From positions 64,001 to 128,000 of the forward strand of contig CAVXJH010000006.1 in the NCBI GenBank assembly GCA_963762115.1: 64,000 nucleotides of DNA, given 5' to 3'. The DNA is from Candidatus Babeliales bacterium. GTDB taxonomy: Bacteria; Babelota; Babeliae; Babelales; JANWKD01. Position numbers and translations under genes: made by a program. The notes under the pieces are model-generated. The model did no database searches, was not told the DNA's origin, and saw only the letters and a program-made list of their open reading frames with translations. Below, in pieces: positions 1 through 9,650 of the stretch. Numbering within the stretch: position 1 is the stretch's first letter; the number at the start of each line of letters is the position of its first letter.

Positions 1-1
1 T

Positions 2-1339
2 TTTGATGCCAACCCTCAAAAATTAAACCTCATGAATTTTTTAATAACTAAGGGAATAGATCTTGATAAACTAAAAGATAGTGAAGGAACAGGCTTATTT
101 TTATATGCCGCATCAAAAAAATACAATAATGTAGTTATACTTTTAGCACAAGCAAAAGCAGATATTAATCAAAGTAGTATAATCGAAAAAATACAAATTA
201 ATGCTTTATTCTGTGCCGCATCTGACAATAATACTGAACTAATACGCTATTTACTTGATCATAACATTGACACATCATATTATACAGGGGCAATAAAAAA
301 AGCTCTTGTTAAAAATGCTGCTGAAAGTGCATGCCTCATCCTTAATCACCCACAAGCTATTTTTTGCCAAGACATATTAAACACTTTTTTACCCTACACT
401 CAAGCTCAAGATAATGTTGCTCTCTTAAAGGCTTTAAAATCAAAAGGAGCTGATCTTTTTTCTATCATAGATGAACATAATAACTCTTTATTATGCCTAG
501 CAGCATGTCATGGCCATGAAAAATGTGTTGAATTTCTTCTTAATGAAGGACTACCTATTGATCATCAAGGATTAGAAAATTATTCTCCATTACTATTGGT
601 TGCTAGAAACAATCAAAGCAATGTTTTTGATCTTTTGCTTGAAAGAGGCGCTAATCCTGAAATCCGTTCTTCAAGCGGCGATACAGCAATAATATTAACC
701 AGTTGTTTTGGTACCGAGCAAATGGTGCAAAATTTATTAAGGCATCATGCAGACCCACATACTGCTAATCTAAACGGAATAAATGCATTAATAGGAGCTG
801 CTATGCGAGGAAACACAGAAAATGTAAAATTATTACTGGCTCAAGGTGTTAATCCTAATCATATTACTCCTCAAGGCCAATGTGCTTTGAATCAAGCAGC
901 CAATGCAGGATATGCGAAAGTTATTAAAAGATTAATAAAAGGTGGAGCTGATTGGAATACACAAGGCAATTTTAATCAGACACCATTAATCCTTGCAAGT
1001 TGGAAAAATCATGAAAGAGTTGTCAAAATTTTATTAAAACATCAACCACTTCTTGAAATTAAAGAAGGTCATGGTTTGACTGCATTAGGCATAGCAAGCG
1101 CAGAAGGAAATACCGAAATTGTAAAATGTCTTTTAGCAGCAGGTGCCAATAAAAATACCCAAGATAATGCCGGCGAAACGCCTTTATGGTCAGCAGCAAA
1201 AAATAATCATGTAGCAATTGTTTCATTATTACTTGAGCATGGAGCAGATAGAACTATGCCTGATAATAATGGAATCACGCCATTATCAATAGCTTCTCAA
1301 CGGGGAAACACAGAAATTGAAAAAATGCTCAATAATTAA
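2..1339 (+). CDS. Ankyrin repeat protein, 5'-truncated by the window edge
   Basis: About 10 ankyrin repeats (e.g. GETPLWSAAKNNHVAIVSLLLEHGAD); frame is open from base 2, upstream of the listed ATG at 32. Confidence 0.93.
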   Translation, partial: FDANPQKLNLMNFLITKGIDLDKLKDSEGTGLFLYAASKKYNNVVILLAQAKADINQSSIIEKIQINALFCAASDNNTELIRYLLDHNIDTSYYTGAIKKALVKNAAESACLILNHPQAIFCQDILNTFLPYTQAQDNVALLKALKSKGADLFSIIDEHNNSLLCLAACHGHEKCVEFLLNEGLPIDHQGLENYSPLLLVARNNQSNVFDLLLERGANPEIRSSSGDTAIILTSCFGTEQMVQNLLRHHADPHTANLNGINALIGAAMRGNTENVKLLLAQGVNPNHITPQGQCALNQAANAGYAKVIKRLIKGGADWNTQGNFNQTPLILASWKNHERVVKILLKHQPLLEIKEGHGLTALGIASAEGNTEIVKCLLAAGANKNTQDNAGETPLWSAAKNNHVAIVSLLLEHGADRTMPDNNGITPLSIASQRGNTEIEKMLNN

Positions 1340-1518
1340 AGATAAAACTATGGCACTAGTAACCTCCATTTTGATGAGCTAAAAATTCTCAAAAAAGTGA
1401 ACTTTTTTATGTGTTAATTCGTGTGTTGAATTGACAAAAAAACAACGTATGAAATACTTGAACAGCTTATTTTAAAGCACTTTTGATAATAATTATTTTT
1501 TTTTGAAAGATTTTAGGC

Positions 1519-2805
1519 ATGATTAATTTCAAACAATATACTTTACTTATATGCATACATATTTTTTTTGTTCCTCAATTTTCGAATGCAATGGAACTTA
1601 TCATACCCGAAGAAAAGCCTAATGATACAAAACAAGAAAAACCACAAGAAATTAAACAACCTCTTTCATTAAAACAATGTTGTTTTGATGGACTGCTCAA
1701 AGAAGAAAATAAGGAAAAAGTAGCCCTTCAACTTCAAAAAACTGTTTTGCCAACAGAACTGATGCAAGAATTTACTAGTGAAGTTGGTCAAAAAGGGTCT
1801 GTTGCTTATATTACACATATTGCACCCGCATTGCCTCAAACCGTTTATCCTGATATAGGCTTAGAACTTTTATGTTCACGTGTCGATGACAAAGCGCAGC
1901 GAAAAAACAGTATAGAAGCGTTATTAAAACACACAAATGATAATGAGCCTATTACTTCAATTTTACATGGTATACATGCATGCCTTGATACGATACAGGG
2001 TGAAAGTAGCACAAAAAAAGAATTATTTATGATGGGTGCAAGTCATCCTTTTGTGCATGCAACATTTCTTAATTTCTTATTTTCAAAGGGTATTGCTCCC
2101 GATGAAAATGCTCTTGAAATATATCTTAATGCTCTTGAGATTGAACGTCCAAAAATAATGATAAAGTTTCTAAATAATATAAAAACTAATCAAGATTTTT
2201 TTGATGATATATTACAAAAAGAATTTTTCAAAAAAAGGTTTATGCATCTTTCGTCCGATGATATACAAAGGTCCTTTGCCCTACGTAATTCCTATAATGG
2301 GGCATATAAAAATGTAGAGAAGTTATTACAAGTCGGGCTTCGTCCAAATCCTACAGGGATAAACTTTTGTGTCATAGATTATAATTCTTACTTCGTCGAT
2401 AAGGAGACCGTTTTTAAGCATTTTTTAAATAAATTAACAGCATTGCGGGGCGAGCGTCAATTAAATCTTGAATATTTAACTATGGCTCTTGATGATTTTT
2501 TTGGTTTAGAAATAGACGAAGATACCTTTGCAATTATAGATACCATTCGTAATTTTTACCGAGATAAGCCAGAACATACTAATATTTCCTATCTCAAAAC
2601 AGAACTTAAAGATCACCCATTCGCTCAAAAAATGCCTTTATTTGAGCAAATGATCGTGGAAACCACTGAATTTTATCATGATATACTGCGCCTTCTTATG
2701 CCCTATTGCAAAAACGAACTGCAACAGCATAAAGAAGATCTCGAAGAAGAATTTCAGATGTCATTAGAAGAATTAGAAAAATTGTGTGATGATCAAAAAA
2801 AGTAA
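1519..2805 (+). CDS. Secreted hypothetical protein with BC-box-like motif (putative effector)
   Basis: Signal peptide ending SNA|ME; PLSLKQCC...LPTEL motif; 428-aa ORF. Confidence 0.75.
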   Translation: MINFKQYTLLICIHIFFVPQFSNAMELIIPEEKPNDTKQEKPQEIKQPLSLKQCCFDGLLKEENKEKVALQLQKTVLPTELMQEFTSEVGQKGSVAYITHIAPALPQTVYPDIGLELLCSRVDDKAQRKNSIEALLKHTNDNEPITSILHGIHACLDTIQGESSTKKELFMMGASHPFVHATFLNFLFSKGIAPDENALEIYLNALEIERPKIMIKFLNNIKTNQDFFDDILQKEFFKKRFMHLSSDDIQRSFALRNSYNGAYKNVEKLLQVGLRPNPTGINFCVIDYNSYFVDKETVFKHFLNKLTALRGERQLNLEYLTMALDDFFGLEIDEDTFAIIDTIRNFYRDKPEHTNISYLKTELKDHPFAQKMPLFEQMIVETTEFYHDILRLLMPYCKNELQQHKEDLEEEFQMSLEELEKLCDDQKK

Positions 2806-2824
2806 TTTCAAAGTTATGCGTTTA

Positions 2825-3202
2825 TTAAGAATTCTTCAATGAAGATGCAAGACTATACGATCTCTTTTTTTTAGATGGGTCCGCTACAACAAAAAACTCA
2901 TTTTCCGTCCATTGTTGACATAATGCACGCGCTGTTCTTGGTTGAATATGGAATGCTTTTTCAACATCATGCGCGGTGATAAATTTTTTCTTCTTAAAAA
3001 ATTGAACTGCTTTTCGCTGACGAACATCAAAATAAGGTAACTTCTTAGAAGCATTAGAGAGATCACTTTGCTCAACAATTTTAGCAACTTCTTCTAATGT
3101 TAAACGATTACCTGACATGCGAGTAGAATAATAAATAGATTCGATACGAGCGATTTTTTTTAAGTGCGCAAGCGTGACTGGATCATCGTTATCTTCAAAC
3201 AT
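2825..3202 (-). CDS. Fic-family-derived protein lacking the catalytic core (N-terminal helix plus winged HTH)
   Basis: RIESIYYSTRMSGNRLTLEEV resembles the Fic N-terminal region; C-terminal RQRKAVQFF...ITAHDVEKAF...RTAR...RSYSL is wHTH-like; no HPFxxGNGR motif. Confidence 0.6.
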   Translation of the reverse strand: MFEDNDDPVTLAHLKKIARIESIYYSTRMSGNRLTLEEVAKIVEQSDLSNASKKLPYFDVRQRKAVQFFKKKKFITAHDVEKAFHIQPRTARALCQQWTENEFFVVADPSKKKRSYSLASSLKNS

Positions 3203-3214
3203 TCTTTTTTCCTT

Positions 3215-3255
3215 ATGCCATTAACATGCCATTATTATGCCATTAAATGCCATTA
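3215..3255. repeat. Four direct repeats of ATGCCATTA at 11/11/10-bp period, probable operator
   Basis: Copies start at 3215, 3226, 3237 and 3247, just upstream of the start codon (3202) of the wHTH gene. Confidence 0.85.
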
Positions 3256-3382
3256 AAAATCAAGTATTCTTTTTTTTAAAAAACTATGTATTGATCGAAT
3301 TTAAACCAAAAGATTTTTTTAGAGATCATGAAGTAAAATTTTAGATTGTTTATAAGGCTCATCACCAAAACTATGATAATAA

Positions 3383-4339
3383 TCAACAATAAAGTGGCGG
3401 TAAGATCTTATGCCAAAAAGATGACGGTAGCCGATTTTTTAGCTCTTTTTCTGCCTTTTTCAATTTATAAATTCGCCAAGCCAACTTCATGCGAGCATGA
3501 TTTGTTGGATGTGTCGCAGTAGGATCATAATTATGAGGAGCTATTGTTATAAAATTCTTCTCAGCAAGAGCTCTTGCACACTCAAACGAATCACTACACG
3601 CCCCCAGAATGATGTCAGCTTCAGTTTCTATCGCACGGTTAAACTTATTAAATTCTTTATTATCTTTAGGAAATTTATCAATGTTCAATTGGTCCATTAT
3701 TTCATTTTTAACAAGATATGTTTCTAAGTAATGTTCTGCATAAATATGTTGCTCTTCATGCAGGAGAATACCTTTTCTGGTTAAGCGTTTTTCTTGTTTA
3801 AAAAAATCATCAAGATATAAATGCGATGAAGGCTCGGCTGTTAAGGTTGACTCTGAATTTTTGTCTGAATAATCTGCTACAAAATCTCTTGTAACTCCGG
3901 TAGATTTTGTATGTTTATCTTTCCTAAATTCTACAGAAAAATGAGCAGAGAAGTGATCTTCAACTTCCTTTATTAGCTCAGAAGGGAAATCTTCATGAAT
4001 ATGAACTATGAGGACATGGTCAGATTTTTTAGGTTTAATTTTTTCTATAAATTCTTCAACTTTAGAAATACCTTCTTGAGTGAGATATTTATTATCTTTT
4101 AAAAGCGTTAATGCCTTTTGTTTTTTTTCTTTAACAAGATTCCATGCACATTCACATGCAGAAAGATCATTTTCAAGCAGAAGTTGCGCTAATTTTTTAT
4201 ATTCAGATTCCGGAGCATTGATATCTATCTTTTTTATTCTTCGGCAAAAATGATAAGGCTTTTCTCTTTTTTTCTCCATCGCTTGTAGAGATAAACAAAA
4301 TAGAAAAATATATATAAGAAATATTTTCTTATTTTTCAT
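3383..4339 (-). CDS. Secreted M48-like zinc metallopeptidase
   Basis: Signal peptide LQA|ME; HEEQH (HExxH), ETEAD and THPTNHAR motifs typical of M48. Confidence 0.75.
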   Translation of the reverse strand: MKNKKIFLIYIFLFCLSLQAMEKKREKPYHFCRRIKKIDINAPESEYKKLAQLLLENDLSACECAWNLVKEKKQKALTLLKDNKYLTQEGISKVEEFIEKIKPKKSDHVLIVHIHEDFPSELIKEVEDHFSAHFSVEFRKDKHTKSTGVTRDFVADYSDKNSESTLTAEPSSHLYLDDFFKQEKRLTRKGILLHEEQHIYAEHYLETYLVKNEIMDQLNIDKFPKDNKEFNKFNRAIETEADIILGACSDSFECARALAEKNFITIAPHNYDPTATHPTNHARMKLAWRIYKLKKAEKELKNRLPSSFWHKILPPLYC

Positions 4340-4889
4340 TTGAATCATTAAAGTGTGACTTTAAGTGCCATCCGATTGCGATTCCACCTACTGTTCCCAA
4401 TAAGCCAAGTCCAGCAATAATGCCAAATTTTCTTTTTTGTGCTTTTTCACCTTCTTTTAAAGCCTCAAAAAAGTAATCGCATCCATCAGAAAATTGTTTA
4501 AAGGCCACAGCAGAATCATTTCTGCTTGATCTTTGTATGCCGGTAACATTATCTTCTATAATTAATTCGGCAACAGGCAAAATAGATAAATCATTGAATG
4601 CTTTGATTTCTTTTCTAGCGTTTAAATACATTTCAAAGAATTTATTACGTTGAGCGCTAAAATTTTTTTTTACTTCTTTTAATTCTTGAGCTGTTAAATT
4701 ATTAACTTCTTCTTTTAGTATCGCCGAATTATGAAAATTATTTGTTCTTGTTGTTTGTAACAAATTTTTTGAATTCCGGGTTAATAAATTTAATCCCGCA
4801 CGTTGATTTCTAATGCGTTGCATGCAAATGATTGGAGAAATTGTTGTTGCTAAAATTAATGAAAAAAATAACTTATTTTTTAAGTTCAT
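4329..4889 (-). CDS. Secreted hypothetical protein with presequence-like N-terminus and C-terminal TM helix
   Basis: Signal IIC|MQ; Arg-rich acid-free segment; C-terminal FGIIAGLGLLGTVGGIAIGW. Confidence 0.7.
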   Translation of the reverse strand: MNLKNKLFFSLILATTISPIICMQRIRNQRAGLNLLTRNSKNLLQTTRTNNFHNSAILKEEVNNLTAQELKEVKKNFSAQRNKFFEMYLNARKEIKAFNDLSILPVAELIIEDNVTGIQRSSRNDSAVAFKQFSDGCDYFFEALKEGEKAQKRKFGIIAGLGLLGTVGGIAIGWHLKSHFNDSNEK

Positions 4890-5052
4890 AAAGTGACCCC
4901 TAATGCAGATTTCTTTTAAATATAAACTATGTAATTATACTAAATTTCTCAAAAAAATTAAAGTTTGATTCAATTTTTTTCATACTGTTTTGGCTATTTC
5001 GCACATTCAATTGGCATTATATATTTTATTAAGAACTTCACTAATGATCAAG

Positions 5053-5080
5053 TTGACAAATTTGTGGTTTTTGATATCTT
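5053..5080 (+). promoter_or_regulatory. Sigma70-like promoter
   Basis: TTGACA-16 bp-TATCTT upstream of a GGAGG RBS and ATG at 5129. Confidence 0.4.
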
Positions 5081-5128
5081 ATACAAAGATAACTATTTTT
5101 ATCGTAAAATTATCTTTTGGAGGTCTCA

Positions 5129-5521
5129 ATGAAAACTAAACTTAATCTCTGTATGCTCTTATTATTAGGAGCAACAATAAACGGTGTAAAAGCCATGGAA
5201 ACACAAAAAAAAGCTCAAACAAAAACAACTACTTGTGCAAAATTTCTTTATAGCCATCCTTGGCTTAGCTCTGTAGCTACGAACGTGATAGCATTTGCTG
5301 CAAGCTGGCGCTTTAATAAGCGATTCCATACTTATGCAAATTATGAGCTTAACCTCAAAGAGGGGGCTACTGCTCTTGTTTATCTTCCCTTTGTTACCCT
5401 TCCTGTTTGTGCAACTATTTTTAAGCGATTTGGTCACAACCGCCTGATATCTTCAGGAACGCTACATCACAAGAAAAAAATACATTCAATTTGCAAGCCA
5501 GGATGTAAAGAGCCTTCTTAA
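5129..5521 (+). CDS. Secreted/membrane hypothetical protein
   Basis: GGAGG RBS; signal VKA|ME; two hydrophobic segments. Confidence 0.6.
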   Translation: MKTKLNLCMLLLLGATINGVKAMETQKKAQTKTTTCAKFLYSHPWLSSVATNVIAFAASWRFNKRFHTYANYELNLKEGATALVYLPFVTLPVCATIFKRFGHNRLISSGTLHHKKKIHSICKPGCKEPS

Positions 5522-5679
5522 ACAGTTCTGAATTTAAGGGTCTATTCCTAAATTCGCCAAAATTGATTAAAAAAACTAAAATCTCCCTAATTTCAACTTA
5601 AAAGAAGAAAAAAGGGAGATTTTTTTATATGTACGAGAAAAAAAATGCTATAAAATATGCATTAATAAACAATACTTAT

Positions 5680-6069
5680 TTATGCATCAGCTTTTTTTAT
5701 ATTGTATTTTAATGCAATCTCTGTTTGTTTAATTTTATGCAGATTAAGATCCTTCATCTTTTTCAAAGATTCAGCACGCTCTTCAGGGGTCATCGATTGG
5801 TCAGCATTTAATATTTCAAGCTCTTCAATGTCAGCATTCATTGATTCAATTTTTGCTGCTATTTTTTCTTGTGTTGAAGAAAAACGGTATCGTGCACCTT
5901 GATATATTTTATAACCGCCATATGATACAGTGCCTACGGTAACGGTTCCAAAACCTGCAATAAAAATCGCTGCGCCAGTAAGCATATCGTTAAATAATCC
6001 ACCATGAGCACATGCATTGTTTGCACACAAACTCAACATCAACAGTAATAATATGCTATTTTTTTTCAT
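5680..6069 (-). CDS. Small secreted protein with Gly-rich TM segment and coiled coil
   Basis: MKKNSILLLL...ACA signal; hydrophobic AIFIAGFGTVTVG; charged helical tail. Confidence 0.65.
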   Translation of the reverse strand: MKKNSILLLLMLSLCANNACAHGGLFNDMLTGAAIFIAGFGTVTVGTVSYGGYKIYQGARYRFSSTQEKIAAKIESMNADIEELEILNADQSMTPEERAESLKKMKDLNLHKIKQTEIALKYNIKKADA

Positions 6070-6400
6070 TTTTTCCCTTATAGTTTTGCTTTTCTTCATT
6101 CATAAGTTTCTTAATTTCTAAAAGCAACTGATATTTCATTTCTAAAAGTGTTTTGTCATAAGATTTTTTTTTAGTATGAATTTGGTACGTATTATGCACA
6201 GCACCCGCAATTAAGCCTGCAGTGCCAACATAAAGTATTGCTAAAGCAACTTTTACTTCATCAATCGAGGAAACGACTAGACCCGCAACAGATCCATTTG
6301 CATTGCCGTATAGCGATGCGGTTAGATCAAAAAAAGATGCTTTTGCATTGCCATATAACAATAAAGAAAGCATAACTATTAAAATTTTATCTTTTTTCAT
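6056..6400 (-). CDS. Small secreted protein with TM segment and coiled coil, similar architecture to its neighbour
   Basis: MKKDKILIV...AKA signal; ALAILYVGTAGLIAGAV TM segment. Confidence 0.65.
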   Translation of the reverse strand: MKKDKILIVMLSLLLYGNAKASFFDLTASLYGNANGSVAGLVVSSIDEVKVALAILYVGTAGLIAGAVHNTYQIHTKKKSYDKTLLEMKYQLLLEIKKLMNEEKQNYKGKNEKK

Positions 6401-6415
6401 TGTAGCCTTTTAAAC

Positions 6416-7303
6416 TTACTTCTCTTCACTCATATATTTCTTTAATGTTTCAAGTTGCTCTTCTGTTAATTGATTTTTTGGAATAAATGTTTCAAAAATA
6501 ACACTTCCAGACCCATCTTTGAAATAGCGTGGATTGAGCGATTTTGTATTATTATCAAACAAAATAACAGAATCTAACGCACTAGTTCTTTGTATTTCTG
6601 AAAGTAAATAGATATTTAAAAGAGATGAAGATTGCGCATTAATGATTGAATTTTCAAATTCTTCCTTCTCAAATCCAATTCTTGTTGAAATTTTAACATA
6701 TGAATCTTCCATATAAACGCTCATTCTAAGCGGAGAATTTCTTAGCGATATTTCAAAACTAGAGAACGAGTAGTGTTGGACAGAATAAGAATCTAATACA
6801 TCATTACCAAAAAGAGTATCTAAAATTTTCTTAGTAACTTCATTTTTTTTAGAAGGCTTTTTTAAACGTTTTGTTTTACAATCAATATGCCCCTGACCTG
6901 CCGTATCCTTATAAAACATGCCTTTATAACAAGTAGTATTTTCATCTACGATAAAATTTGTTTTTGAACTTGGAGGACCATAAGCTCTAAAAATTCTAGC
7001 TTTTATTGAATCTTTTTCAGTTTCAAGAAACTTATTTTCATCAATTTCCTCTTTTCTACCATTAAGTTCGGTTTCTATAACATTACTATCCTTATCATAT
7101 TCCATAAACCCAAATGAGGTATAAACTCTACCACAAGAGCCATCTTTTTCTAATTTCTTTCTGTTTCTCTCTTTGTTACATTCTCCAAAATATTGCTCAT
7201 TAATAAGTTCAGAAATCTGATCTAATTCTTGCGCATCATTTTCTGCTTGCATCATGAAATTCATTGACGCCATTACTATCAAAATTAAAAAATAACGTTT
7301 CAT
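6416..7303 (-). CDS. Secreted hypothetical protein
   Basis: 295-aa ORF with signal peptide; AAAGG RBS. Confidence 0.7.
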   Translation of the reverse strand: MKRYFLILIVMASMNFMMQAENDAQELDQISELINEQYFGECNKERNRKKLEKDGSCGRVYTSFGFMEYDKDSNVIETELNGRKEEIDENKFLETEKDSIKARIFRAYGPPSSKTNFIVDENTTCYKGMFYKDTAGQGHIDCKTKRLKKPSKKNEVTKKILDTLFGNDVLDSYSVQHYSFSSFEISLRNSPLRMSVYMEDSYVKISTRIGFEKEEFENSIINAQSSSLLNIYLLSEIQRTSALDSVILFDNNTKSLNPRYFKDGSGSVIFETFIPKNQLTEEQLETLKKYMSEEK

Positions 7304-7484
7304 CTTAACCTTTCAAACAAATCTGTTTTAAATCACCCTATTAATTATATCTCAATGTGAACAAAAGACAACCCGGTAAATCATTATTATTTTTAAAATT
7401 TTTTCTATTATAAATTATAAAAAGGCGCACTAGTTGGAATTTTGAATAATACTACGAAGAAAAGACTCATAATGACCATACAAA

Positions 7485-7513
7485 TTGACAATTTTACTAA
7501 ATATATTTACTAT
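7485..7513 (+). promoter_or_regulatory. Sigma70-like promoter for the ankyrin gene
   Basis: TTGACA-17 bp-TACTAT. Confidence 0.5.
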
Positions 7514-7558
7514 AATTATATATATTATTATTTCAAAATAATTATCAAAAGGAAATAA

Positions 7559-8263
7559 ATGAATTTAATCCGAACAATATTTTTATCATTATCATTTCTA
7601 TCATTAATAATGATGACAACCAGCAATGCTCATCAGTGCTCAACGTATAGCATTTCATATGAAGAAACTTGCAACATCATTCCAAGCTGCCCTCAATGCA
7701 ATAAAGTCATTCTTGGCCACAATTTTTGTTGCAACTTTAATAGATTTTTAAGCCAACACAAAAGAAACTATCAACAAGCATTTCTCGATGCCGCACAACG
7801 TGGTTACACTGAATATTTAGAACTGCTTATCAACTTGGGCGCCGATGTAGATTGCTATGCTACGGTAAACGGTTATAACGATTATGATGGCAAAACTGCC
7901 TTAATGTGCGCAGCACAATATGGTCATGTGGAAACATGCAGGTTGTTGCTCCAGCTTGGCGCTTATGTTAATGCTTGCACCAATTGGGGTTCAACGCCAC
8001 TTATGTGGGCAGCGCAATTTGGACACCTTAATGTGTGTCGATTACTAATCGATGCAGGTGCTCATGTTAATGTTTATACTTATTCTGGCAATCGAACAGC
8101 TTATTCTTATGCAAAAGATTCTGGACATTCATCAGTGTGCACTTTATTGGTTGGTGCCGGCGCTACACCAAACTATGAAAGTTCAGTCTTTAGTTTGCCC
8201 AATTGTTTGGTAACTGGCCTAGCTTGTTATGGTGCTTATCAATTATTTTTTGGTAAAAAATAA
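7559..8263 (+). CDS. Secreted ankyrin repeat protein with Cys-rich N-terminus and hydrophobic tail
   Basis: GKTALMCAAQYGH and GSTPLMWAAQFGH repeats; C-terminal LVTGLACYGAYQLFFGKK. Confidence 0.88.
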   Translation: MNLIRTIFLSLSFLSLIMMTTSNAHQCSTYSISYEETCNIIPSCPQCNKVILGHNFCCNFNRFLSQHKRNYQQAFLDAAQRGYTEYLELLINLGADVDCYATVNGYNDYDGKTALMCAAQYGHVETCRLLLQLGAYVNACTNWGSTPLMWAAQFGHLNVCRLLIDAGAHVNVYTYSGNRTAYSYAKDSGHSSVCTLLVGAGATPNYESSVFSLPNCLVTGLACYGAYQLFFGKK

Positions 8264-8272
8264 AAAAATATC

Positions 8273-8734
8273 TTATATCTTTTTGCACATACTAAAAGTA
8301 ACAAAAATCATACCTTTATGTTTTTTTTCTTGTTGTGCAACAACACAAAAGCCTTTGGCTTCAAAAAATGGTTTGGCTGTAATACTCGCTTCAGTCGTCA
8401 GTTCATGCAAACTTAATTTTTTTGCTTCTTGTTCCAGTTGCTCAAAAATTATTGAACCAACTTTTTTTCCCTGAAAGTCTTTATGCACATAAAGATGATC
8501 AATACAACCCTCTTTGGTCATATCACCAAAACCGGCAATCACACCATCTATTTCAGCAACATAGCAACTATGTTCTTCTAATCTTTTTTCCCAGTAAGAT
8601 TCATCACGATCTTTTGGTGCCCAAGCTTCAAGATGTTCTGGAGAATAATCTTTTGCATTAACGGTGTGAACAGTATCATAAAAAAGCTGGTTAATTTGAG
8701 CAAAATCAGATTTTTGATATTTTCTAATGTTCAT
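8273..8734 (-). CDS. GNAT family N-acetyltransferase (YafP-like)
   Basis: LYVHKDFQGKKVG acetyl-CoA motif; AKPFFEAKGF. Confidence 0.9.
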   Translation of the reverse strand: MNIRKYQKSDFAQINQLFYDTVHTVNAKDYSPEHLEAWAPKDRDESYWEKRLEEHSCYVAEIDGVIAGFGDMTKEGCIDHLYVHKDFQGKKVGSIIFEQLEQEAKKLSLHELTTEASITAKPFFEAKGFCVVAQQEKKHKGMIFVTFSMCKKI

Positions 8735-9190
8735 TTAATGATCCTTTGCATGCGTCCAATTATCTTCAGAATACAAAATTGATTTTGAGATTAATTCAAG
8801 TGCCTTAGCATGACGAGGAATCATATTGTCTGGAAGCTTGTCCAACGGAAACCATTCTAATGCCGCATTCTTGTGCGGTTCTTTATTCTGTATTTCACCT
8901 TGCCACGAACGAATAACAAAAAATAACGCAATGCATGGAGTTTGATCAACGCCATAAAAATGCATAACATGAGCAAATTGTGCATCTTGCTCAGCAATAG
9001 TTATGCCAATTTCTTCAAAAAGTTCTCGCGCAAGAGCTTGTGTTGCTGATTCATCTTGTTCTATTTTTCCACCGAGCAATCCATAATAATTTGAAAACCA
9101 TTCAGTGTTAATGCGGTGCCCCAACAAAACTTCGTTGTTATTATTAACAATTATTGCCAGCACATACGGAAACAACATTTGAAGTAACAT
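8735..9190 (-). CDS. NUDIX hydrolase
   Basis: Nudix box GGKIEQDESATQALARELFEEIG. Confidence 0.9.
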   Translation of the reverse strand: MLLQMLFPYVLAIIVNNNNEVLLGHRINTEWFSNYYGLLGGKIEQDESATQALARELFEEIGITIAEQDAQFAHVMHFYGVDQTPCIALFFVIRSWQGEIQNKEPHKNAALEWFPLDKLPDNMIPRHAKALELISKSILYSEDNWTHAKDH

Positions 9191-9209
9191 AACCCGTAAT
9201 TCTTTCTTT

Positions 9210-9464
9210 CTAATCAGTAATAGCAAGATAACAGCAAAAACATCCAAGACAAGGCGCCATCACACAGATACTTGCCTTCTCTGTCAACCAATAACAATCT
9301 TCATCTCCCCAGCAGTTACCACAATCTTTTTGATGATTCATGGAAACAGTTGAAGGTCTTTGTTTAGGTTGAATCAATTCTTTTTGTTCTTCTTTATTCA
9401 TGCCTGATAATGACATACATAAAGGTGAAATAATCATACAGATTAAAAATAGTTTCTTTTGCAT
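9210..9464 (-). CDS. Small secreted protein with Cys-rich hydrophobic tail
   Basis: Signal LSG|MN; tail ICVMAPCLGCFCCYLAITD; AAAGGA RBS. Confidence 0.6.
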   Translation of the reverse strand: MQKKLFLICMIISPLCMSLSGMNKEEQKELIQPKQRPSTVSMNHQKDCGNCWGDEDCYWLTEKASICVMAPCLGCFCCYLAITD

Positions 9465-9650
9465 AACATTCCTTTTTTTTACTCACCTTAAATCAATGTT
9501 TTTTTTAAGATTCTAGATTAACAAATTGTGTTATGTAATACTATTTTTTCTAGTTTTGCGCAGGGCACACAAGCTTATTGCATTTTTTTATACCGCCAAG
9601 TACAATTGCACAACAATATAAACTTCACATCACACAAGGAATTTTTTGTA

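Noticed and set aside
5415..5531. Possible frameshifted original C-terminus of the 5129 gene (alternative frame YLQERYITRKKYIQFASQDVKSLLKQF)
   Set aside because: It needs both a frameshift and readthrough of a TGA; cannot be supported without homologs.
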